Below are positions 46,875-56,581 of a DNA stretch of 64,000 bases, piece by piece. This DNA comes from Gammaproteobacteria bacterium (lineage in GTDB: Bacteria > Pseudomonadota > Gammaproteobacteria > JBCCGL01). The stretch covers positions 4,111,632 to 4,175,631 of the forward strand of contig OZ255836.1 of assembly GCA_965277715.1 (NCBI GenBank). Direction: 5' to 3'. The number at the start of each line of letters is the position of its first letter. Within the stretch, counting starts at the first letter, position 1. The position numbers and the translations under genes are program-made. Under the pieces are notes generated by a model. The model was given only the letters and a program-made list of their open reading frames with translations, made no database searches and was not told the origin of the DNA.

Positions 46875-47944
46875 GGTTTTGCTTCCTGTATATAGGCTTG
46901 TATCGGTGCTATCAGTGCATCGATATTATCAAACAATGGGCAAACTATCGGGATATTATGATCAGCCTGCAGGCGCTGCTGGTTATCGCGCAGCTCCTCG
47001 TCAGACAGGTTTTCACCATTGAGGGTAATGGCCAATACTCTGGCGCGGTAATAGCTGATCAAGGCGATTTCGCTCTCCAGCGAGGGGATAGCAAAACCTT
47101 CCTGTTCATAGCCTTCAAAGTGCTTACGCCCTGGCGCGTGTTGTAATATCACAGCGTGCGCCTGGGCCGATAGCAGTAGCTCAGACCCGCAGGGGCCGCT
47201 GGGGTTGCGCAGGGAGGATTGTCCTTCTACCAGCATTACATCGGGGTGGGTTTCCCTATCACAACAGACCACAGCGTGCTCCAGCTCACCGCTGACAAAA
47301 TCGTTGGGTGTTGCGTCCAGTACAAAACCGTAACGGCTGCCCTGCATCCAGCCCGTTTGGCCTGTGTAGATCATCTCTGCACAAATGCCATGTTGTTGCA
47401 GCCGATCAGTGAGCATACGCGTCGTCGTGCGCTTACCGAGCGCGCAATCGGTGCCGATAACGGCGATGCGCGGCGCTTTCACATGGCGGATGTCGCCATT
47501 CCAAAAATGCAGTTGTTGTATTGGGCGGGGTTTGCGCAGGTCGATAATCTCGCCCCCGTTGGCTTCACATGCCGAGCGGATCGCAGCGTCTTCTGAAGCG
47601 GGATCGTGCAGACCGTTGACAATGCTCATCCCTCGTTCAGCGGCATCCAGTAGCATTCCACGCAGTACTTGGGTAAGTCTGCCACCGTGGGTTGCAATGC
47701 CGATAATGCACCATTTGGGTCTCTGTGGGAGCGCGGCCAGTGCGGTATCCAGCGATGCGAAAACGGGTATATCACGGTGTTGGCCGTCGAGTAATTCACC
47801 GGCATCGTGGCCTGCGTTATCGGGATCGATGATACCGCGAATCGCAAATCGGTCGCTGCGCCGCAATAGCCCGTGGGTTACTTTGGCCTGTGGGGTCTGT
47901 AGTTCCCCAGGCGCCAGTACAATGGCATCTTCCCGTTTATTCAT
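46871..47944 (-). CDS. DUF1611-family protein (P-loop-like; usually partnered with dipeptide epimerases)
   Basis: 357 aa with a central VIGTDCALGKRTTT motif. It shares an operon with the epimerase. Confidence 0.45.
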   Translation of the reverse strand: MNKREDAIVLAPGELQTPQAKVTHGLLRRSDRFAIRGIIDPDNAGHDAGELLDGQHRDIPVFASLDTALAALPQRPKWCIIGIATHGGRLTQVLRGMLLDAAERGMSIVNGLHDPASEDAAIRSACEANGGEIIDLRKPRPIQQLHFWNGDIRHVKAPRIAVIGTDCALGKRTTTRMLTDRLQQHGICAEMIYTGQTGWMQGSRYGFVLDATPNDFVSGELEHAVVCCDRETHPDVMLVEGQSSLRNPSGPCGSELLLSAQAHAVILQHAPGRKHFEGYEQEGFAIPSLESEIALISYYRARVLAITLNGENLSDEELRDNQQRLQADHNIPIVCPLFDNIDALIAPIQAYIQEAKP

Positions 47945-48146
47945 AGTGTTGGATTTTTATCGTGTGTTGACAGCAAAGTGCGCAGTATCCTGTTTGTATT
48001 AACGCCATGCAAGTCATGGTGTGATAAGTGCCAGATCGTACAACTGGTTGTAACGCAACAGAGAAAAGCCTGGTGAGGCTATATCTTGTTGATAAAAGAA
48101 AATAAGGAGTAACGTATAATTCTCAGCTTTGGCTTAAAGATTTAAA

Positions 48147-48728
48147 GTGGAAAACTCCCCTCGTTATCGGCGCTCTGGCACAGAGTGTTTGCAGTGGCAT
48201 ACCTTGAATGGCCATTCGGCACGGCGCCTTCCGGAAAATATCCGCTGCTGGCTGGGTGATCGGGATTCGCTGACCCGGCAGGTAAAGCGCGCCTGTGATG
48301 GCGACTTTCGCGTTCAGGTGTTGCAGCAGTGTTGGACGCGGGCGCACCGTGATGAAGCGCGGGTGCTGGGCATCAGTGCATACCAAAGGGTGATTTCACG
48401 TGAAGTGCATCTGCTTTGTGGCGGTGTGCCGTGGGTGTATGCACGTAGCCTGATACCGCGTGTGACGTTGACGGGGCACTATGCAGTGCTCGGCCAAATG
48501 GAAGACAGGCCGTTGGGTGAAAAACTGTTTGCCGATCCTATTATGAAACGCGGTGATGTCACATTTTCCTGGCTTGTGCGTGGTTCGCATGACTACTCTA
48601 TCGCCTTGACTGGTCTGCATAGTCGGCCATCACGTATCTATGGTCGGCGCTCATTATTCAGTGGCTCGCGGGCGCCGGTAATGGTGATGGAGTTTTTTTT
48701 GCCAGGTATTGGGGTATTTCCAGGCTGA
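48147..48728 (+). CDS. ubiC: chorismate pyruvate-lyase
   Basis: Colinear with UbiC (WLGDRDSLTRQV ~ LLEDSMTKRF; REVHLLCGGVPWVYARSLIP ~ [20 protein letters not shown]; C-terminal …EFFLPG). The start is uncertain. Confidence 0.55.
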   Translation: MENSPRYRRSGTECLQWHTLNGHSARRLPENIRCWLGDRDSLTRQVKRACDGDFRVQVLQQCWTRAHRDEARVLGISAYQRVISREVHLLCGGVPWVYARSLIPRVTLTGHYAVLGQMEDRPLGEKLFADPIMKRGDVTFSWLVRGSHDYSIALTGLHSRPSRIYGRRSLFSGSRAPVMVMEFFLPGIGVFPG

Positions 48729-48823
48729 GCTTACCTATTATTGCTATTTGTTCCATCAATTATGCTTTATAGCCCCATACGTTTGTTGCTTCACCCATCG
48801 TTCTGCCGTGCTATTATTCGCCG

Positions 48824-49717
48824 ATGAAATTCGTCGACCCACGCAATGATATCGCCTTTAAAAGGATCTTTGGTAACCAGCAACATAAAGAAGTGCTGAT
48901 TCATTTTGTCAATGCGGCGCTGGATTTCCCTGAAGGCGCAAAGGTGGTGGATGTCTCCTTCGATAATCCCTACCAGTTACCCCGGATCGAAGAGCTCAAA
49001 GAGACTGTGCTGGATGTGATGGCCACCGATCAGCAGCAGCGTCGGTTTGTTATCGAAATGCAGGTGCAGCCGAGTCGCTATTTTGCCAAGCGCAGCCTTT
49101 ACTACACTGCTAAATCCTATGTTAATCAACTGGATGTAGGGGTGGCATACGATCAGCTAAAGAAGGTACATTTTATTGGCATCCTGGATTTTGACTTTAG
49201 CCCGGATGATGGTCAATACCTGTCCAACCACCTGATTCTCGATACCCGCACGCATAAAAACCACCTGGATGACTTTGCTTTTTGTTTTATCGAGCTTGGC
49301 AAGTTTCATAAAACGCTGGAGCAACTGGACAACATGGTCGATAAGTGGATTTATTTTATCAAGCATGCGGGGCGCATGGAGGAAGTTCCTACAACCTACC
49401 AGCAGGACCCTGTGTTTAAAACCGCTTTTGCAATAGCGCAACAACATGCCTGGAGTAAAAAGGAGATGCAGGTATATGACTACATCAATAAAAAACGCAT
49501 GGATGAACGTGATGTGATCGAAACTGCGCAGGTAATGGGTAGGCGCATTGGGCGTGAGGAAGGACGTGAGGAAGGACGTGAAGAAAATGCCTATAACACC
49601 GCTAAACAGTTGATCCCGATGGGTTTGTCAGACCAACAGATTTCCTCGGCAACAAGCCTAACGGTTGAGCAGGTGGTGACAGTAAGAATGCAAATAGACA
49701 ATGGCAAGGATAATTAA
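48824..49717 (+). CDS. Rpn-family recombination-promoting nuclease / PD-(D/E)XK putative transposase (YhgA-like)
   Basis: N-terminal MKFVDPRNDIAFKRIF…, a PD-(D/E)XK core (…VIEMQVQ…) and a C-terminal DUF4351-like tail (…AKQLIPMGLSDQQISSATSLTVEQV…). Confidence 0.6.
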   Translation: MKFVDPRNDIAFKRIFGNQQHKEVLIHFVNAALDFPEGAKVVDVSFDNPYQLPRIEELKETVLDVMATDQQQRRFVIEMQVQPSRYFAKRSLYYTAKSYVNQLDVGVAYDQLKKVHFIGILDFDFSPDDGQYLSNHLILDTRTHKNHLDDFAFCFIELGKFHKTLEQLDNMVDKWIYFIKHAGRMEEVPTTYQQDPVFKTAFAIAQQHAWSKKEMQVYDYINKKRMDERDVIETAQVMGRRIGREEGREEGREENAYNTAKQLIPMGLSDQQISSATSLTVEQVVTVRMQIDNGKDN

Positions 49718-49988
49718 CTGATAGAGTACGGTATTACCTGGAAACGCCTTTATGTCTTTAAGTCGTCTGCTTGTCAGGCAAAAGATACGGTAGGTTAGGC
49801 AATGACATCGCCGGGTGAAAACCCATCGCCACCAACTCATCGACAACGGGCACAAGCAGTGCCTGATCATCGACTTTCTGGTTGAACACACCACCGAAGC
49901 GCCAGGTTGTTGCTATTGTGAACAAAGGGAATTACATCGCCTGAGCCAGAAAGTGGGCTAGTAAGTAGTACCAGGGCGCTTAATGCGG

Positions 49989-50300
49989 TTATCGAATCAG
50001 GGTACTTGCCTCGCCGTTGTTTCCTTGGTTGTCCAGCCATTCCACTTTCACTGTATCGCCTTTCTCCCCACCTTTGAAACGGAAAGCGAAAAAAGGGTTT
50101 TCTGACATGGCGCCGCTCCACTGGGCCGTTATTACCGTTTCACCGTTATGGGTTGCCATTATGTCAGTAATAAAATGGCATGGCTTGCGCTGGTCAGTGC
50201 TGTTTGTTGTCAGCAAACCTGATGTCATTGGGTGATTGATTAGTGCGATAGCCTGGGTAACGTCAGCGTGGCGTTTTGCGCGTAGTTTGGTGGTAGACAT
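49989..50300 (-). CDS. SoxZ-like sulfur-carrier family protein
   Basis: 103 aa with the SoxZ-type N-terminal pattern (KLRAKRHADVTQAIALINHPMTSGL). It pairs with the upstream Tat-exported SoxY-like gene. Confidence 0.45.
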   Translation of the reverse strand: MSTTKLRAKRHADVTQAIALINHPMTSGLLTTNSTDQRKPCHFITDIMATHNGETVITAQWSGAMSENPFFAFRFKGGEKGDTVKVEWLDNQGNNGEASTLIR

Positions 50301-50353
50301 GGTTATTGAGTGGATTGTCAGTTGATAAGATTGTGTTATTTAGAGGGGGGCAG

Positions 50354-50851
50354 CTATTCCCCGGGTGGCGCAGTATCGAGTGTTTTGCGTGTTGATTTAG
50401 GTGTTTCTGTCACAATAATCTGGCGGTAGTTGGAAAATAGTTGTTCGCCAGATTTGACGACAGCGATGATTTCACTCGTTTGATGGATGTCCAGCCGGGT
50501 GGTGATAAAAGGTGCTGTGTTTTCGGGCAATGTATAGAGTGCAACCAGTGGTAGAGGGTGCTCAGGGATAAGAATAGCGATGGCGTTGATATCCGCCATT
50601 TTGGTCGAGACTGTTATTTCGACAATTGAAGGTTTTTTAATGTAACCGGGCGCGTCGATAATCACCTCGCTACTCGGTGTACCTATGTCGTTGCCCAGTA
50701 CTATTTGCACGGCTTCTGCTATATCAGGTGTTGTAAATGCTTTACGTGAGCCATTGGTCATGGCGGTAACCGGTAATAAAAAGCTACCCAGTGTAGCCAG
50801 TGAGGCGCACTGTAGAGAGGTTTTTAGTATTGATCGGCGTTGGGTGTGCAT
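50354..50851 (-). CDS. Tat-exported SoxY-like protein (lacks the canonical C-terminal GGCGG)
   Basis: Twin-arginine signal (QRRSILKTSLQCASLATLG…). Ig-like, SoxY-sized. Gene order SoxY-like then SoxZ-like. Confidence 0.3.
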   Translation of the reverse strand: MHTQRRSILKTSLQCASLATLGSFLLPVTAMTNGSRKAFTTPDIAEAVQIVLGNDIGTPSSEVIIDAPGYIKKPSIVEITVSTKMADINAIAILIPEHPLPLVALYTLPENTAPFITTRLDIHQTSEIIAVVKSGEQLFSNYRQIIVTETPKSTRKTLDTAPPGE

Positions 50852-51151
50852 TGCCTGATAAGTTGGCGAGTTGATTGATAGTTTATGTATCGGCTCGTCA
50901 GGTAAAAAATTAATAGTGAGAATGGAAAATAGTGCGCTGCCTACATGAAAACAGAAATACAGTAAACTTTAAGGCACATACACGAAATAAACGTCAGGGT
51001 GCGTAAATGGATTGATTTACCTTATAGCTGAGTTGGCTTGAGGGTGTTATTAACAAATAGCTCATTGTTTAAATAATATTATAAAAACGGAAATTATTTC
51101 GTGCGCTTTCCTTAGGGCTTTTTATTAGGGGTTTCTGGGTATCTGCCATTA

Positions 51152-51943
51152 CTAATTGCATTGCGTGGCGTCAATCACTTGCCCATTGGGCTTGTCTATT
51201 GTGGGGTCGAGTAAATACACATAACTGCTGAGATAGTTATCCGCAGGTGGGATCGACTGTGCATTTTCACCGGGAAAAGCTGTGCGCCGGATGTGTGTTT
51301 GCATAGGGCCGGGTACTACCGCATTGACACTGAGTATGCGCTCACCCGCCACATTTTTTCTGCTTTCGACTTCATCGGCCAAAATGCATACAGCACTTTC
51401 AATACCGGCTTTACAAATACCATAAGCCCCCCAGTAGGCATGGGGCTTTCGGTCTACGGTGAAAATAACAGACGCTGTGTCGGCTTGTGTCAGTAAAGGC
51501 AGGCAGGCCTGCGTTAAAAACATCGGCCCGGTCAAATTAACCTGCACTGTTTTTTGCCAGTCACCTGCGGAATAGTGGCTCAATGGTGTCATTGTGCCAA
51601 GGTTGGCGGCGCAGTGAACAATGCCATCTAAACGGCCAAACTCAGCGCTGATCGATGCGGCCATTTGCTGATAGTGTTCCGTTGAGGCACCACTGAGATC
51701 GAGTGGGTAGATGGCGGCCAGGGGGTAGCCACTGGTCTCGATTTCATCGTAAACCACCTCTAACTTTTTTATGGTTTTACCCAGCAGAATAACGGTGGCG
51801 CCCAATGCCGCCAATTTTATCGATAAGGGTTTACCCAGCCCACCCCCGGCGCCTGTTATCAGCACAACCCTATTTTTCAGGGCATCAGTGTTTGGAACAT
51901 AATGAGTCGGCAGAGTAAATGATGGCATTGATTGGCTTAGCAC
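51152..51943 (-). CDS. SDR-family oxidoreductase (YciK-like)
   Basis: Glycine-rich NAD(P)-binding motif (ITGAGGGLGKPL) and a catalytic Y-x3-K (YGICK). Confidence 0.7.
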   Translation of the reverse strand: MLSQSMPSFTLPTHYVPNTDALKNRVVLITGAGGGLGKPLSIKLAALGATVILLGKTIKKLEVVYDEIETSGYPLAAIYPLDLSGASTEHYQQMAASISAEFGRLDGIVHCAANLGTMTPLSHYSAGDWQKTVQVNLTGPMFLTQACLPLLTQADTASVIFTVDRKPHAYWGAYGICKAGIESAVCILADEVESRKNVAGERILSVNAVVPGPMQTHIRRTAFPGENAQSIPPADNYLSSYVYLLDPTIDKPNGQVIDATQCN

Positions 51944-52000
51944 AATAGGCAGTGAAGGTTGAACTGAAATTGAACGGGTGGGGAAGCACCTGCCCAGTTT

Positions 52001-52798
52001 TTATGAGGGCGTTATGAGTATCAGCATCCCGACTTTTGGGTGGTCGATATAGTGCAGCTCGCGGCTGCGCATACGCCGGTGGGATTTCACGATAAACGAT
52101 TGCATATCAGCGGGGGCCAAGGTTTTGGTTAAGGCCAAATCAGTGTAAACGTGTAAATAACGACTGACTGCCACAGTAATGGTGCCATCCAATGGGTAGG
52201 CGAGTGTTTGTGTGTATGAGCCGGTGAGATTGCCGTCGGGGGTGACGAATGCAGGTTGGAAGTTTTCTACGGGCCTGATAAATCTATCGGGCGGGCGCTG
52301 GTTTTGCAATCCCCTGGCTTTGACAACACCGGCTTCGACGACCTCGACAACCTGGTTATCCACAGTTAACAGATCAACCCCGGAAGACGGTGCATTGTCG
52401 TTGGTGCTACCGCCAGTCTCGACAAATACGGGTACGGGCTCGCCTTGTTGAATGCGCACGGGGATCGCTTTCTTTTTGGACTGTGTCGCCTGCCGCCATA
52501 CCTGGTGGGTCAATAATTTGTACCGGCTCGATTTTTTGATAGCCGCCGCTGCATTGGCGAGGCGGCGGGATTTTGATGTTAATGGCTGCACGCCACGCCC
52601 ACTCTTTGGCGTATTGGCGTCCTTTAATAAGGGTATATACGTTTGATGATCCCATAGGGTATTCGCAGCGTGGGGTACATCAATATTCTCAAAAATAACT
52701 ACTTCAATATCGTAAGAACGGGTTTCGGCGCAGGTTATAGCCGTCGTTGTCAGCAATACCAGGCCAATGAGGCAGCGAAACAATGCAGTATTGAACAT
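52001..52798 (-). CDS. hypothetical periplasmic protein (CsiV-like position next to mfd)
   Basis: 265 aa with a signal peptide (LIGLVLLTTTAITCA). Its start overlaps the mfd stop. The family assignment rests on position only. Confidence 0.3.
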   Translation of the reverse strand: MFNTALFRCLIGLVLLTTTAITCAETRSYDIEVVIFENIDVPHAANTLWDHQTYIPLLKDANTPKSGRGVQPLTSKSRRLANAAAAIKKSSRYKLLTHQVWRQATQSKKKAIPVRIQQGEPVPVFVETGGSTNDNAPSSGVDLLTVDNQVVEVVEAGVVKARGLQNQRPPDRFIRPVENFQPAFVTPDGNLTGSYTQTLAYPLDGTITVAVSRYLHVYTDLALTKTLAPADMQSFIVKSHRRMRSRELHYIDHPKVGMLILITPS

Positions 52799-55700
52799 CA
52801 GGCGACCATGGGCAGGTTTAAGGTATTGAGAAGCTTATCAATAAATTCGATGCGTGTGTCGATATTGTGCAGCTCAGCCTGAAAGCGCACGGCGTGTTTG
52901 CCATCAAAACGGTAAACGCTGGGGGTGGTTTGTACGAGTTTAATCAATGACATAGGATCGATATTGGGCTGTTCAGAAAAATGCAGCCTGCCGCCAGTGG
53001 CGTTGGTGTCACAGCGGGTGATGCCGAGCGTTTCACAGCGCAGTTTTATTTCGGTTGCGCTGAACAGCGTTTTTGTTTGTTCTGGCAGCAGGCCAAAACG
53101 GTCGATTAACTCAACTTTCAGTTCGCGCAGCGCTTCGTTATCCCGGGCGCTGGCAATACGTTTGTAGAGAATAAGCCGGTTGTGTACATCGGGCACATAA
53201 TCGCCTGGCAGCAGTGCAGGTGAGTGCAGGTCAATTTCAACAGATTTGGCCAGTGGTGATTCGGTATCGGGGATTTTGCCCGCTTTTAGTGCCTTGACGG
53301 CCCGCTCCAGCAGTTCATTGTAGAGAGTAAACCCGATCTCCTGGATTTGTCCGCTTTGCCCCTCGCCCAGTAACTCGCCAGCGCCACGAATTTCCATGTC
53401 GTGGGTCGCCAGGGTAAACCCAACGCCAAGGTCTTCCAATGACTCAATCGCGCTAAGGCGCTTTTCTGCGTCACTGCTGAGTACCCCTTTGGGCGGTGTG
53501 ATCAGGTAGGCATAGGCGCGGTGATGCGAGCGACCGACCCGGCCACGCAACTGGTGGAGTTGTGCCAGGCCCAGTTTGTCTGCGCGGTTGATAATAATAG
53601 TATTGGCGCTGGGAATATCGATACCGCTTTCGATAATGGTTGTACACACCAGCACATTGCAGCGCTGATGGTAAAAATCCAGCATGGCTTCCTCCAGCTC
53701 GCGCTCACGCATCTGGCCGTGCGCAACCCGCGCTTTGGCCTCGGGGGCAATTTCTTCAATGGTGCGGGCAATGCGTTCAATACTGCTGACTTCATTGTGT
53801 AGAAAATACACCTGCCCGCCGCGTGCCAGCTCGCGTTGCAGCGCCTCGCGAATCAAGGCGTCGTTCCACTCATTGACAAAGGTTTTGATCGCCAGGCGTT
53901 CAGCGGGTGGGGTGGCGATAATCGATAGGCCGCGCATACCGGACATGCTCATATTGAGTGTGCGTGGAATCGGTGTCGCGGTCATGGTGAGAATGTCCAC
54001 CTCGGCGCGTAGCGCCTTCATGTGTTCCTTATGGCGCACACCAAAGCGGTGTTCCTCGTCGATAATGACCAGGCCAAGGTTGGCGAAATCGATGCCTTTT
54101 TGTAATAGCTTATGGGTGCCGATAACGATGTCCACCTTGCCGTTGTTAAGGCCCTGTAACACACTGTCCTGTTCTTTTTTACTGCGAAAGCGTGATAGCG
54201 ACTCGATCACTACGGGCCAATCGGCAAAGCGGTCAGAAAAATTCTGAAAGTGTTGCTGTGCCAACAGCGTTGTCGGCACCAGCACGACCACCTGCTTGCC
54301 CCCATCGACGGCGGTGAACGAGGCGCGCATCGCCACTTCGGTTTTGCCAAACCCCACATCGCCACAGACAATCCGATCCATTGGGGTTTCAGCGCGCATA
54401 TCGGCAATCACTTCCTCAATAGCACGCGCCTGATCAGGCGTTTCCTCAAAGGGGAAGGCCGTGGCAAAACGGCGGTAGTTTTCCTCATCGAAATGAAACG
54501 AATACCCCTTGCGCGCTTCACGGCGTGCATAAATCTCCAACAGCTCAGCCGCCACATCGCGGGCTTTTTCAGCGGCCCGGCGCTTAACTTTCTGCCACTG
54601 CTCGCCACCCAATTTGTGCAGTGGTGCCGTCTCCGGCCCGGCACCCGTGTAACGGCTAATCAAATGCAGGGAGGCGACGGGCACGTAGAGTTTATCGTTG
54701 CCCGCATAACTAAGCGTTAGGTACTCGGTGTTCATCCCGCCCACATCGAGCGTGGTTAAGCCCTGGTATCGGCCCACACCGTGATCGATATGCACTACGG
54801 GGGCGTCGATATGCAGGTCATTGAGGTTTGAGATAATTGCATCGGCATCGCGGGTAGGTGCCCGCCTGCTACGGGCCTGACGGGTGCGCTCACCCAACAG
54901 TTGTGACTCACAGATAATGGTAATGCCCGCCTGTGTGAGTAGCATGCCTTCGTTCAGGGGTGAGGCAATAACCGCCAGTGTTTGCTTATCACCCGCCGGT
55001 TCTATATCGATAAATGCCTGCCATCTATCGACCTGGGTTGGGTAAATGCGGTTACCGTGGAGTAAATCCAGCAGGCTCTCACGACGACCGGCAGACTCCG
55101 CGCTAAACAATACGCGGCCTGTGAATTGTTGCAAAAATTGCTGCAGGGCCGCCAGGGGGTGTTCGGCACGGGCGTTAGCCGGGAAAACCCCGGGGTTACT
55201 ACTGGCAAAATTCCACGCATGGGTAGAGCGGGCATCACATTCAAAGCGCTGGCAGTCGATACCATTAAATGCAGACAACCACGCGGTAATCTCATCGATG
55301 CTATTAAACAACTGGTCTGGCGGCAGCAGCGGCCTTTCAACATCGTGACCATACTGGTCGAAGCGATAATCGATCTGTTGCCAGTATTCAGTGACCGCCT
55401 GATCCCAGCCGCGCAGGTGAATCAGAGTACTGTCGGTGGGTAAATAATCGGCCAGCGTGGCCATCTGTTGAAAAAAGAGCGGCATATAGTATTCAATGCC
55501 AGACGGCGCCAGGCCATTACTGACATCGCGATAGATCGGGCTGGTTTTAGCTGAGCCATCAAACGCCTCCCGGAAATTTTGCCGAAAGCGGGTGATACCT
55601 GCTTCGGTCAATGGAAATTCGTGTGCGGGCAGCAGCTCAATGGATGCCAGGGTCTCATCGCTGCGCTGCGACTCCGGATCAAAACGGCGGATCGTATCGA

Positions 55701-56268
55701 TCTCCTCATCGAAGAAATCGATACGAATAGGGGATTCGCTACTCATTGGGAATAAATCCAACAACGAGCCGCGCACGGCAAACTCACCGTGCTCCATCAC
55801 CTGGTCGACGGCGCGATAACCGGCTGCAACCAGGCTTTCACGCAGTGCTTTTGGCGCCATCTGCTGGCCGGTTTTCAGCACCAGTGCATTACCTTGCAGA
55901 AAGTCTACCGGTGGCAGTTTCTGTACCAGCGTTTGTGCGGGCACCAATAAAATACCGCGTGTCGTTTTGGGCAGCAGATGAAGAGTCTTCAACCGCTGTG
56001 AGACAATATCCTGGTGGGGGGAAAAGTGATCGTAAGGCAGGGTTTCCCAGTCTGGAATGCTAAAGACACGGGCATGCCCACCCGTAAAGAACGACAGATC
56101 TTCCTCAAGTTGCAGTAACTCGGCCAGGGTTGGCACCACCACCACGACCAGACCCGCCTGTGCACGTGCGAACTCAGCGATAGCCAGTGGCAATGCACTG
56201 CCGTATAGCTGCCCCCAGTGTTTCTTATCGGGCGTGGGGAGGGGGATGAGGGCGGTTGTTGCGTTCAA
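52798..56268 (-). CDS. mfd: transcription-repair coupling factor
   Basis: The UvrB-homology region, RNAP-interacting region, superfamily-2 helicase motifs (GDVGFGKTEVA, DEEHRFGV, QLRGRVGR) and TRG/C-terminal domain are colinear with E. coli Mfd. The open frame continues to 56634. Similarity to Mfd begins near a TTG at 56268 (about 1157 aa). An AAGGAG-N7-ATT at 56313 is an alternative start. Confidence 0.9.
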   Translation of the reverse strand: MNATTALIPLPTPDKKHWGQLYGSALPLAIAEFARAQAGLVVVVVPTLAELLQLEEDLSFFTGGHARVFSIPDWETLPYDHFSPHQDIVSQRLKTLHLLPKTTRGILLVPAQTLVQKLPPVDFLQGNALVLKTGQQMAPKALRESLVAAGYRAVDQVMEHGEFAVRGSLLDLFPMSSESPIRIDFFDEEIDTIRRFDPESQRSDETLASIELLPAHEFPLTEAGITRFRQNFREAFDGSAKTSPIYRDVSNGLAPSGIEYYMPLFFQQMATLADYLPTDSTLIHLRGWDQAVTEYWQQIDYRFDQYGHDVERPLLPPDQLFNSIDEITAWLSAFNGIDCQRFECDARSTHAWNFASSNPGVFPANARAEHPLAALQQFLQQFTGRVLFSAESAGRRESLLDLLHGNRIYPTQVDRWQAFIDIEPAGDKQTLAVIASPLNEGMLLTQAGITIICESQLLGERTRQARSRRAPTRDADAIISNLNDLHIDAPVVHIDHGVGRYQGLTTLDVGGMNTEYLTLSYAGNDKLYVPVASLHLISRYTGAGPETAPLHKLGGEQWQKVKRRAAEKARDVAAELLEIYARREARKGYSFHFDEENYRRFATAFPFEETPDQARAIEEVIADMRAETPMDRIVCGDVGFGKTEVAMRASFTAVDGGKQVVVLVPTTLLAQQHFQNFSDRFADWPVVIESLSRFRSKKEQDSVLQGLNNGKVDIVIGTHKLLQKGIDFANLGLVIIDEEHRFGVRHKEHMKALRAEVDILTMTATPIPRTLNMSMSGMRGLSIIATPPAERLAIKTFVNEWNDALIREALQRELARGGQVYFLHNEVSSIERIARTIEEIAPEAKARVAHGQMRERELEEAMLDFYHQRCNVLVCTTIIESGIDIPSANTIIINRADKLGLAQLHQLRGRVGRSHHRAYAYLITPPKGVLSSDAEKRLSAIESLEDLGVGFTLATHDMEIRGAGELLGEGQSGQIQEIGFTLYNELLERAVKALKAGKIPDTESPLAKSVEIDLHSPALLPGDYVPDVHNRLILYKRIASARDNEALRELKVELIDRFGLLPEQTKTLFSATEIKLRCETLGITRCDTNATGGRLHFSEQPNIDPMSLIKLVQTTPSVYRFDGKHAVRFQAELHNIDTRIEFIDKLLNTLNLPMVA

Positions 56269-56581
56269 GGCGGTATATTGGGTAAAAAAACGGGGGCGTA
56301 TTCTCTCACAAATTTTTAAGCTCCTTGAGGTTTCGCCCGAATATTTCACAACAGCCACTGACAGCCCGCAATCCATTGGTTTCACAAAGAAATGCCCAAA
56401 GGCGTGGTATACCGGTGATTGCTTCGACTGAGGGCATACGCCGTGTGGCATTAAAATGGTCAGCGGGACAAGGCTTATTGTGAAATACGCGGGCTGTAAT
56501 AACAGCTTGCCCACGCTGCCCAAGCATCCTAGAATGGGCGGCTTATTTTGATATTGTCTGAATAGACATTGGGAGTGCAAT

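Noticed and set aside
53684-54720. Forward ORFs of 156-187 aa inside mfd
   Set aside because: Antisense or alternate frames of the Mfd helicase region with no independent support.
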